A stretch of DNA of 64,000 nt from the NCBI GenBank assembly GCA_002633005.1, contig NMRA01000319.1, positions 289,546 through 353,545 on the forward strand. The letters run 5' to 3'. Origin of the DNA: Phoronis australis. Taxonomy: Eukaryota > Animalia > Phoronida. Positions 24,846 through 36,112 of this stretch are shown one piece after another; within the stretch, counting starts at the first letter, position 1, and the number at the start of each line of letters is the position of its first letter. The notes under the pieces were generated by a model. That model ran no database searches and was not told where the DNA came from. It saw nothing but the letters and a program-made list of their open reading frames with translations. A program made the position numbers and the translations under genes.

Positions 24846-25254
24846 TGACGTCATAACAATGTTCGTTTCAAAATCATCATGCTCGTTACTTTTTCACAAA
24901 AGTGACAATATACAAAACGCGAGAAAAAAAAATGCCCTTCATCTTACCATCTAGTAATGTCGGAAGAAAATGAAGGAATGACTGGTGTTGAAAAGGGCGA
25001 CTATCGTAGAATCGATTTGTCCACTGAGAATTTAAGCAGACGATATTTTGCCGGTGACGTCAGACCCCCTTTGAGGACTTGGGGCGATAACGTGTGAAGC
25101 CAATCAGAGATCGTTCAAATTGTATTTAATGCAGAGACAGCTAAAAATATAGCAGAGAAAATAAATCACTTAGAACAAAGGAAGAGAGAAATTGTTTCGT
25201 CTGAAGGTCTTACGTCTGTTTCACACACTTGAGAATACAGGAAACAGAGTGAGT
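24846..25254 (+). promoter_or_regulatory. Candidate promoter and non-coding first exon for the 30091 gene
   Basis: Two perfect CRE palindromes TGACGTCA (24846, 25055), CCAAT box AGCCAATCAGA (25098), then a purine-rich stretch ending in donor AGA|GTGAGT (25249); could splice to the acceptor at 30013. Confidence 0.4.
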
Positions 25255-26923
25255 ATATTGCAATTATTTTTACAATAAGTAGAGCAAACATAATGATAAT
25301 CGTCATATCAAATAAACATGTTGCAACACAATTTAGTAATTGAAAACTTCAAGTGAATTACTTGATATAAGACTGAAATAGATAAAACGGATGAGTGTGG
25401 CTAAAAACAAGGCAAATTTTCTTCAGAAATCATCAGTCTTTTCTACACAGGCTTGCAAATTCATCGTCATGATGGGTTTAGTAAAACGCCAGAGAGATCA
25501 GACTTGGCCTGAGTTTCTCTTAACATGCAAGTTCTTACTAAAGCCAGAATTAAAGTATTTTCCCACTTAAGCTCATAAAGCTGTATTCTGTGCTGTTTAG
25601 TTGGCTAAAAATGAAAATTGGAATTAGGTGTTTTATTAAAATTGGTTACGTTATTTACCCTGATGCGATTTAATTTCTGTTACCATCGAAACCATCAGTG
25701 ACTCAAGAAAACGATTCAGGGCTTTTTGTTGTTGTCCAGCCTTAAAATTGTGAACATGTAAATAGCTCATACGCAATGCCTGTAACTTGAGCTGGAATCC
25801 TATGGCGGTAGGGTATATTATGATACCACTTGTATAAGAGTAAAAGGCCTAATTCGCTTTTTAGTCAAGTAAACAGGGCAAAATGCATTTTTAACAAGAC
25901 GCTTAGAGCCTACAGTAGGTCAGTCACCTACTTAGAAATGCATACAAAAAACTCAATGGTTAGTTAAAAAGAATTGGTCATTTTGTGCAGAATCAGAATA
26001 GAGTCAAGTTACATCCTTCATTTTGTTTTATAGCAAACGTGTATGTATTATAATGTATAATGCAAATCTTGTCCATGAAACGCTCTATGGATTGTTACAT
26101 GGGTTACTAATTAATGCCTTTATTTAAAGCTCATCCGTTTTTCAAATCGCTTATTAAGAGATGGCATTCCAGTTAGACAACGTTGTCTCTCGAATACGTA
26201 AACTTGCCATTCCAACAAAATGCTTCACAGCGATTTAACGAGTTGAAAAAATCTTATCTCGTTAGATGTCAGCGCACGTCAAAAACATGCTACCTGTACT
26301 TGAACTGAGTTGATTAGATTGTGAGGGCACAACAAAGTGAAATATTAAGAAATCAGTCCCGGGAATTCTAATACCGTACATACGAGTATTTAAGCCCATG
26401 CTACTATGCTCGAAATATTTTTAAGCATTGCTTTTAGTTAATATTGAATGATTTATATTATCGTTAATCCACTACTGAATAACTCGATGTGAAAAAATGT
26501 GAATCGTAACTTGTGTATTTTACTGTAAAATAGTTGTCCAAGTCGCTATGCGTGTTTATTCATTTTTATCCGTTTCATTTTATCTCTTAATCTTAAATTT
26601 GAAAGACATCAACATATACCGTTTTTCAGCGAACTAAATGTTCACTCATGTGCTAGGCCTACGTAAGTTTGCTAACTGGCGACAGGACATACTGTTCTGC
26701 ACATTATATACAACGGGGAAACAAACCCTCATCACAGGCCGCAGAACTCCCACTACGAAGCAAGGGCTTTTCGTACTAACGTCGACGCGTCAATGGTTTG
26801 GAGAGTTGCCGTCAGTATAAACGCTTAACTCCGGTCCTGGATCGTAGTTAACAGCTCCAGTTAACATCGCAGTTGACAGGTGGATTTAATAGCGCAGTGT
26901 CGACGCTGCGATGCAGTATGAAC

Positions 26924-27179
26924 CAGTGGCGGATTTCGAGGGGGGCCAAGGGGGCCATGCCCCCCCCCCCNNNNNNNNNNNNNNNNNNNNNNNNNNNNNN
27001 NNNNNNNNNNNNNNNNNNNNNNNNNNNNNNNNNNNNNNNNNNNNNNNNNNNNNNNNNNNNNNNNNNNNNNNNNNNNNNNNNNNNNNNNNNNNNNNNNNNN
27101 NNNNNNNNNNNNNNNNNNNNNNNNNNNNNNNNNNNNNNNNNNNNNNNNNNNNNAACTCAAAATCCTGGATCCGCCCCTG
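26924..27179. mobile_element. Nested GC-rich MITE with 5-bp TSD, spanning an assembly gap
   Basis: TIR CAGTGGCGGAT / ATCCGCCCCTG; TGAAC on both flanks. Confidence 0.72.
26971..27153. other. Assembly gap (N run)
   Basis: 183 N following a poly-C tract. Confidence 0.99.
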
Positions 27180-30090
27180 TGAACGGTTAACTTCGGTCCA
27201 ATCGAAGTTAACCGTTCACAGGTGCCACTGTTATCGTCAACAGTTACAGGGTAGTGCCGTCACTAATAGCTGCTTGTATTTTGCTCTAATAATAATCAAT
27301 CGATTTAAAAATAAGTTTAATGTCATTTAGCACATGTAAATGTTCCCAAATTGTTGCACTGAAAAAATCTTAGCGTGCAGTGCTACCTTGCGATAACTTC
27401 GATAACGACAGCGTCACCAACCGTTTACTTCGATGTTTTAACTACCGAAGCCAGTATGAACGGTCCAGTTAACTGCGCCGTTTACGTCGACGCTCCGCTC
27501 AGACCGGAGTTAAGTCAATATGAAGGGGTACCTCGCCGAAAAACTCTTACCACGCAACCTAAACTACAACCACGCACTCTTTCCACGGACAATGTACTAA
27601 CTAGACACCAGGGGTGTGTGTCATGTATTTTGAGAGAGAATACTTTAATATTTTGGAATTAGTATTAGTGAGTCTTACTTACCGTATGGTACTTCTGTGA
27701 TTTTTATAACAGATGTTGCTTATCTCAGAAATATGTATCCGTATCACCGTTGTTGTGGTAACCGGGCCAGACAGTATTTTAATGCCTTGAAAGGTGGCAC
27801 TCCGCGATGTACTGAGGTTAGGCGCTTCGCGAAGATACTTTGGAAACTTTGAGGTTTGCGTCAAAATCATCGCGACTTATCAATAAAATACATGACGTCT
27901 TGCAATATGAGTAGAAAATTTGCCGAGCATCTGTTATCAGCCATTTCGCAAAAATGAAAACCACAAAGACCGTGCTACGTGACAATGGAAGAATTCTATA
28001 AAAGCAATACACACAAATTGGGTTACACACATAGTTCACTGTACTAAAGAGTGCCTGTGTGTGGTTCGAGTGGTAAGAGCGTGGTCCTTGGTAAAAGTTT
28101 GTTTCGTCTTCTAAAATATGCTAATGCGGATGTAGGCACGGCTTACTTGCACTATAGAATGAAATTCAAGACCCTTTGGCTCTGTCTGCAATGGGCACGA
28201 TTTGCTGCATTTTGGTGGAACGCCTGTTCACAATCCGGTGGTTTTATTTTCAATTACATGACTGTGTACTGTAGACTTGAATTTAAAGAGAAATGCCTGC
28301 AACAAAACAAGACGCCCAAAAAGTTAGTATCGTCGGTTGAAAAAAGCGATTGTGTTTTATTTTATCGCCACAATGGCATGGCTTCGCTTTAAAATTTCAA
28401 CGAATATAGCTGACTCCCGCCTTAAGTCGAAGGTACACAGGGAATCTCTCACGTCTGTGCTTCGGTTTCCAATAGTGTTAACATCCTTCATTCAAGTATT
28501 CTCACCATGCATTTGAGGACAAATCCGCCCGCCATGTATTCAGTGCGTGTTTCGCGCATATCTGAATTCACTTCACATATTTCAACTGTTTGCATTGTAT
28601 CAAGTGCAGGTGTAAATGAACGTTTTTTTCTACCTTCCAAAACTGTAATGTAATCTTGAACTTTTAGCGACAAGATAAGAACAATTTATCGGATTGAATG
28701 AACACCTGTGCCTATCTCCCGTGTTTACACACTGCATTTGTCTAATGTTGAAAATTAGGCCTCGCCTCCACTTTTTCTTCGCTTTTTAAAAGGTTTAAAA
28801 TTTTATTTCCGTCCACATGTGTCGTATCTTTTTCCTTCAAAACGAATTCGCTAGTGTGATCAAAAACGCAATTTTTGTTTGCATTTTCAAATAAAATGGT
28901 TTTTCTTACACACGAATGCGCCAATACAATTGTGATATTAGCGTTGATTTTTTTCCTACACATGGGTGCAGTAAATACGTATTTTTTCAAAAAAATCAGC
29001 CATGAAGAGTGTTTTTGAAAAAGTTGCGTTTTTGGTTGAGATCTTCATAGATTCTAATGAAGGGAAAATGAGTTCGGTAAAAAATTCGCTTTACAAAAAT
29101 TCAAGCAAAATATTTTAAAGCTGTAGCCATCAAAAGTTATTTTAAAGCTGCAATAAGTCTGCATTCCGGCTAAGAAACTGAGTTTTCATTTAGGCCCCTT
29201 AGCGCTAAAAATTGGTCTCGATTTGTTCCTACTCGGATAATAAATGATTTTTTATCTTCCAAAGAATTGACAGTTTGTTACCCTCGAGACTATGCTCGGC
29301 GAATAAAATATGACACGCCACGATAAGTTAACTTGTAGCGCCTTGTCTCAAACAATAACGAGCGACTCCCTCTTCATCTCCGTTCTGATTAAGGAACAAT
29401 TTCAGACCAATTTCATAACGCTATGCAGCCTTAGTCAAAAACTGTATTAGTGACGGAAAGTGAGTTTAAATCTGCATTAAGCGACGACACAGAATATTTT
29501 CTATACGTGTGTTCAGTTGCATCTCGATCTGTAGAAAATCTTTCGAATTTTCGAGATAACGCAAGTTTTTACGAGATTTTGCCATTCAATATAAGCTAAG
29601 CAAGTGATCTCACAAACTTTCATTGTTAAGTATCCCGCCTTACGCGCCTGGCCAGAGCACACTGAGCAGGCATTATGACATATGACATTTATCATTGAAA
29701 TCGATTATTTCCGACAATCTTCGTGTTTAAAAAGGGAATGATGCGAAACTTTACTAAAACACTTAATCTCTGCTGTTAAGCTCTGACATTCGTAAAAAGC
29801 GGTACAGAGTCGTGATTACCACTAGAACAGTGCCATGGCGGTAATAAGTATTTAAACATTGCCACGTTGGTGCTTCCATAATACTGGCAGTGAGTTGAAA
29901 AAGTAGTCCTGCAGTACTGTCGCTACGTTTAATTTCCTTTCTACAGAGCTTCGACTTTTCTAATAATTTTGAAATATTTTTTTCAAAATCGTGATTTACT
30001 CATCTTGTTTCAGTGACATCTTTGGAAGTCCGCACCTGGAATTTATCACTTTTAGGCCAAGGATAGTTCACCGATGTTCGCTGAAGGACA

Positions 30091-30885
30091 ATGAACGTTT
30101 TATTACAAAATCCATGCGGCTTTGATCGACGCATGAACCTCTTCGGGAAAGGCTCCTTGTCGGAATTCACCGATAACAACTGGCATCGCTTAGGTGTTTT
30201 GAACAGACGGGATCAAAAACTGAATTGTGCCAGGATAAAATTCATCGACAAAGAAGCCAGACGTGCGCTTGGTAGATTTGACAAGGTCAATGAAAGTTTA
30301 CAGTTGTCTGTAAAAAGGTATCAAGCCCATAAGCTTATTCTTGAAAAACAACTAATAAGGGATGGCAGTTGTGCTTTGACCACCAAGAACAATTTGGTAT
30401 CACTGAAACCACTCATTAAAGAGGTTATGGCTGAAATGGAACCGAAGAAAAGACGCAAAAAGCGTGCCAGCTACTTAGTCGAGAAATCTCGTAATCTTAC
30501 AAACAAAAAAATCCAGAGAAACGTTGAGCGTTTCGCGACCATTGACAAATATTCTCAGAGTCTTACCGTAGAAACTGCTAGTAAGACTGCGCAGCCGGAA
30601 GTAACAAAACCAGCAGACGATGGACGTCGCCCAAAGATGGTGGGAAAATTGCAGACATTGGTTATTTCCCACAAATCTTTACCAGTGTCATCTTTTTTGC
30701 CAAAGCTTAAAGTTCCATCGGCTAAGATTGGAACAGTTACAACAGGAGGTCCATATTTCAAGCCTGTGATCTCTTCTGAACGTTGCTCAAATGGCCTAGT
30801 GCTTCCCCCTATTGACGGAAACACCACGGATTGTTCAAAGGACACAGCAACCGAACGGAAAGAACACCGGTCAAGTTCAAGTTGA
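30091..30885 (+). CDS. Uncharacterised 264-aa basic protein (N-terminal predicted coiled coil, low-complexity C-terminus); single coding exon
   Basis: 795-bp ORF in AT-rich DNA; ACAATGA start context; acceptor ttgtttcAG at 30012-30013 just upstream; no TE domain motifs recognised. Confidence 0.72.
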   Translation: MNVLLQNPCGFDRRMNLFGKGSLSEFTDNNWHRLGVLNRRDQKLNCARIKFIDKEARRALGRFDKVNESLQLSVKRYQAHKLILEKQLIRDGSCALTTKNNLVSLKPLIKEVMAEMEPKKRRKKRASYLVEKSRNLTNKKIQRNVERFATIDKYSQSLTVETASKTAQPEVTKPADDGRRPKMVGKLQTLVISHKSLPVSSFLPKLKVPSAKIGTVTTGGPYFKPVISSERCSNGLVLPPIDGNTTDCSKDTATERKEHRSSSS

Positions 30886-31215
30886 GGCTAATTTGTGAGA
30901 CAGTAAAGAAAATTATATTGCACAAAAGCATCTAGGAGTAATAATGATACAATTAGCGCCAAAGAAAAGACAGGTGTCCAATAACTCGAGATCCTGAGAA
31001 CGAAAGTGCGAGTTAAGATGAGCAAACTTTAGGTACTGGTTGGAATGAATTGTATATGTTAGAGCTTGTGCTGCGATGTTGGATTGTAGTAGGAATGGTT
31101 AGCGCTGATGTCTTGTGTCCATGGTATTGGAAGGGAACAGTATATCTTGCTTGTGACGAATTGCATTTTAAGAGAAAGTTGGACCTGTTCGGCATCTTAA
31201 TTTTGCCCGATAAAG

Positions 31216-31339
31216 TGACTTCACCGGTTCCGACGGGTCAACCGGCTAACTGACATCTGATTGGTTTCTAAGCTGGAAGTGGTCATATGTAACCAATAAG
31301 ATGTCTTAGCCAGTTGACCCGTCGGAACCGGCGAAGTCA
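31216..31339. repeat. Long inverted repeat (arms about 50 bp)
   Basis: TGACTTCACCGGTTCCGACGGGTCAACCGGCTAA..GATTGGTT / AACCAAT..TTAGCCAGTTGACCCGTCGGAACCGGCGAAGTCA. Confidence 0.9.
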
Positions 31340-32861
31340 ATTAAATACAGCCAATGTGTTTTCACAAACACTGCTTTGTCTTTCACAAAGATAATTTATG
31401 TTTCCATGGGCGTGTTTGTGTACAAACTGCAAGTGACTTCATTGCGCAAGTAGCAGGTTTGAATTACATGGATCCAGTTTTTGCGACATTTTTATTTTAT
31501 GATTGATTTCCATTGGTTATTCATTGTTGTTAGCTTCTTCAGGGAAAAGGATGGCTAGTAGAACTATTTGCATAACAATCATCCAAAATACAATTGTTCA
31601 AGGCTGTGTTTCTTCCCTCTATTTAAACGTCTAATGAACAAGACTTGTCGAGTTGACAAAGGCAAAATGCATTTTTAATTCACTATCATTTTGCGACGTT
31701 GGGCGTGTTTGCATCAGTCATTTGAATATTTCACAGCACAGCACAACAGTGATAATTTTACGGTATGTTGATGGAAAAGAATGTATTAAAACGTTGTGAG
31801 ATCCAACTTTCTTAACTAGTCATCCAAATCACGGTCGAAAACAACACTGGCTTCGTGCGCTTCTAGCTTCATCAGACCTCTCATAATTTTGGAACGACTA
31901 GCACCGTGTGCCAACACAATGAGAGAAAACGTTGTTCCCAAATTGTGACAACACGAAGCTGAAATCGACAGAAGCCTGTGTTGTCTTCTACAATACATGT
32001 ATTGATGAAAGAGTGCTACCAGCTTTGACAAACCGCGTCAAAACGCAGGAGTGAATACGAACTGTGTAATGGTCACGCAAAGTGGAAAACATCGGTACTA
32101 AGTTGGATTTAGTGTTTCAGGTCGGTAATGAGGATCTAGACCCAGATAATATTCTCTCCGTGTATTAATGCAAACAATGTTGAAAAATAAACAGATTCCA
32201 TTACAATTAATCGTTGCAATACATTGAATTAGTTTTTATGATTGCAGCTTCTTTCGATATACAAGTTTATTTTTAGTTGACAAAATAATATTTGACAAAA
32301 GTAGGCAAGACCAGGAGGCTTTGGGGATGTTTTGTATAAGGATCCAGTATGATTTATTTTGATGCATCGCATTAAAAAGGTCGGTTTAATTTGATTTTCA
32401 TACCTTAGTCGTTTTATTCGCCAACCGCTGGCATATAGTCGTTAGTTTGGAAAACAGTGGAGTTGAAATTATAATCATCATTGGCCTATATTGATTCTTA
32501 GGTGGATAATGTGGAATTTAAACCAAAACTTTTGTGCTATAGGTTACCCGAGTACCAAAGGTAGCTTTTCACCACGGCACTGTTGTAAGTCTGTGCAAGA
32601 CAAATGATACAAGCGACATCATTTGAATGGTTTCTTCTACTGATGACACCCATTTTATTTCAAAATCATCAGTAGGGCTTTTGGATTCAAGAAATATAAA
32701 ACATGGCATTTCAAGATTTGGGGCTCATCGTCAGAAATTTCCTAAGCACAACACAAGCAGACGACAGTACGGAGACGGTGTCTCCCAAGCCACAGTGAAC
32801 AGCTAGGAGGCTGGTTATCGAAAAGTCTCTTGTCTTTTAGCTAAAATTCAGTCTATGGGTT

Positions 32862-35250
32862 GCTTTACCTTTTCACTATATTGGAAAAAAGCTAAAAGTA
32901 AAAAAACGTCTATAACTTGAAGCCAAAAGACAGAAATCCGTAGCCTGCTTGGGATCAGACTAAAAGCCAAAAGCAAAAAACATAAATTCAACCGTTTTGC
33001 CAACAGACTCTTCGAGAAAAAGGGGCCTGAGATGAAAGATTTACAATCCTAGAAGTCAGTGAAATGTCTTTTCACGTCAATTTCACATACTGATAGTCAC
33101 ATATCGAATGTCCTTGCGGGCCTATTTTAATCAACCGTCATAGGAATATGGTCTATGTGTGGCTACGGCAAACAGCGACCTCTAACAAGAGGAGTCTAAT
33201 GATCCCCTCTGAGGAAAGCTTCACAAACAGGCTCAACTAGATAAATCAAGCTCATTGAACAGTCCCGCAAATTTTTTACCAATAACCTGTATGGAGTGCT
33301 CTACCTCTTGGGGTAACTCCTACCCTCTGCAACTATTTCTGTTACAGATTCACGTCACATTTTTTGGTTTGTTCAGTTTGAAGCAGCACACATTTCACCC
33401 TTATTTACTGAACTGTCAATTTTGAATTCTTGACCTACACGTATTAAGGTTTGCAAATATTACCATACTCATCCCATCTTGAATTATTGCTGAACAAGTA
33501 AGTCAATGGCAATGCCCACAGATGCGCCATTTAAGAATCCGCAACTTTCAATAAACTCTTACTGGGAAGTATTCTCTTAAGTTGAGGCTGGTGGCTTCGA
33601 TTTCCGTGTTGGTTACGTAAGTAGAATTCCATCACCCTAATTAGGAATACTATGAGGCCGATTTTATGACAGTAAAAGGGATAACTTACAGGAGTGCAAA
33701 TTGATTCAATCATATTGACAAGGTGCCCGCAGACGTGTACCAAAAATTGCGGGTACAGGCGGTACTTTTTCATCAAGTTTTGTCTGGCCCGCGCGGTGTC
33801 CACTAGTCCCCCAAATTTCCCTTTCGTCACCGCAAAGGGTTGGAGCAGAAAAAACAACCCCACAAAAGATAGGTGGTAAGTAGCAGACCTGGCACCCGCA
33901 ATAGGGGGTCTTTCAGCAATTTTTGGAACACGCCTGCGGGCACCCTCACTGAGCTGTCAACTACGGCTCGGCAGTGCAATCCACCGGGTCGTAATCTTAT
34001 CTCCCGGTCATAAACAGTGGTAAAAGACTCGGGCCTAATTCTCAAAAGATTCTAATAGAAAANGCTTAACCTTTTCACTATATTGGAAAAAAGCTAAAAG
34101 TAAATAAACGTCTATAACTTGAAGCCAAAAGACAGAAATCCGTAGCCTGCTTGGGATCAGACTAAAAGCCAAAAGCAAAAAACATAAAATCAACCGTTTT
34201 GCCAACAGACTCTTCGAGAAAAAGGGGTCTGAGATGAAAGATTTAGAATCCTAGAAGTCAGTGAAATGTCTTTTCACGTCAATTTCACATACTGATAGTC
34301 ACATATCGAATGTCCTTGCGGGCCTATTTTAATCAACCGTCAGAGGAATATGGTCTATGTGTGGCTACGGGCAAACAGCGACCTCTATCAAGAGGAGTCT
34401 AATGATCCCCTCTGAGGAAAGCTTCACAAACAGGCACAACTAGATAAATCAAGCTCATTGAACAGTCCCGCAAATTTCTTACAAATAACCTGTATGGAGT
34501 GCTTTACCTCTTGGGGTAACTCATACCCTCTGCAACTATTTCTGTTACAGATTCACGTCACATTTTTAGGTTTGTTCAGTTTGAAGCAGCACACATTTCA
34601 CCCTTATTTACTGAACTGTCAATTTTGAATTCTTGACCTACACGTATTAAGGTTTGCAAATATTATCATACTCATCCCATCTTGAATTATTGCTGAACAA
34701 GTAAGTCAATGGCAATGCCCACAGATGCGACATTTAAGAATCCGCAACTTTCAATAAACTCTTACTGGGAAGTATTCTCTTGAGGCTGGTGGCTTCGATT
34801 TCCGTGTTGGTTACGTAAGTAGAATTCCATCACCCTAATTAGGAATACTATGAGGCCGATTTTATGACAGTAAAAGGGTTAACTTACAGGAGTGCAAATT
34901 GATTCAATCACGGACAAGATGCCCGCAGACGTGTACCAAAAATTGCGGGTACAGGCGGTACTTTTTCATCAAGTTTTGCCTGGCCCGCGCGGGGTCTACT
35001 ACTTCCCCAAATTTCCCTTTCGTCACCGCAAAAGGGTTGGAGCAGAAAAAACAACCCCACAAAAGATAGGTGGTAAGTAGCAGACCTGGCACCCGCAATA
35101 GGGGGTCTCTCAGCAATTTTTGGAACACGCCCCTGCGAGCACCCTGTCAATATACGGCTCAGTGCAATCCACCGGGTCGTAATCTTATCTCCCGGTCATA
35201 AACAGTGGTAAAAGACTCGGGCCTAATTCTCAAAAGATTCTAATAGAAAA
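32862..35250. repeat. Tandem ~1.2-kb duplication joined by a single N (34063); probable haplotype artefact
   Basis: 32862..34062 vs 34064..35250 near-identical with SNPs and indels. Confidence 0.88.
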
Positions 35251-35689
35251 TTGAGAGAAAAGATCGAAAGCAAGAAAAAACACAGTTGAGTCTTCGACTT
35301 TTAAAAATCGGTAACTAGGCACCGGTAGACCTACTAGCCCGTACTGTTAGCCGATCCGAAAGATTTGACTTGATTGTTGGCGTTTCCACTTTATTAGTTT
35401 AGGTACCTCCACGTACAACAGACATTTTCAATAGGAGGTGGAGTTGTGTCCGAGTTTCCAGTTAAATTTGTTGGTGTCGGGATTTACCCATGAAGCCGGA
35501 GCGTATCAGCCGCAAAGTCGACAGAAAATCTCAGTCGTCAACAGATGACAGAAAGGTTTCACGGGGAAATCCCCTAAAGAGGGTTTGTGACTGTCAAGAA
35601 AGTGAAAGGTTAATGCCATTAATGATGTCTTATTACTCAAGGCCGTTTTATAGGTAAAACAATAGCGTCGAAAAACATATTATGAAAGT

Positions 35690-35912
35690 ACCCCCGGTGC
35701 CCCGGTGGCTAAACACCGGTGACAACGCGACCCTAACGGGATAAAGTTAAACTATAAACTCTTTTTACAATAGAGGTACAATAATCAATAGCAACCGCCT
35801 TGTGTCTTACAATGGCGGACCGTGAACAAATGTTGTTCGATTGTTTTAAGATTTAAACACGTTATTGAACTTTGTTATGAATTGAAAGTTACATAGAAAT
35901 TTAATATAAGAA
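35690..35912 (+). promoter_or_regulatory. CFAP54 proximal promoter and 5'UTR with RFX X-box-like half-sites
   Basis: GGTGACAAC (35718) and TAGCAAC (35789) resemble RFX half-sites; AATGGCGG (35811) is YY1-like; all lie within 200 bp of the ATG of a motile-cilia gene. Confidence 0.4.
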
Positions 35913-36112
35913 ATGGCGTCTATTTTGCGAAGTGCAGCAATTGCTTCGATTGGAAAGGGTGCTGCAAGTTCTTTCTATTCCACCCTTTCGAAAGACAAGC
36001 CAAATCCGGTGTTTCAAAAACTGGATCAAGAAATCAAACTGTATGTGGGTTTTATGAAAAAGCGAGCTAGCCCAGGTTACACCAAGCCAGATGACGAGGC
36101 ATATTCCAGGGC
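35913..36112 (+). CDS. CFAP54: CFAP54 exon 1
   Basis: aaATGG start; GC|GTaagt; phase 2. Confidence 0.88.

Larger units (their letters stand above)
26829..27509. mobile_element. Host element with short TIR flanked by TTAA, carrying a nested MITE
   Basis: TTAA|CTCCGGTC..GACCGGAG|TTAA; internal repeated CAGTTAAC, GTCGACGCT and CAGTATGAAC motifs. Confidence 0.5.

Noticed and set aside
26861-27330. ORFs spanning the N run
   Set aside because: Artefacts of translating the assembly gap.
33531-35150. Duplicated short ORFs as a paralogous gene pair
   Set aside because: The frames are not preserved between the two copies, and the duplication looks like a haplotype artefact.
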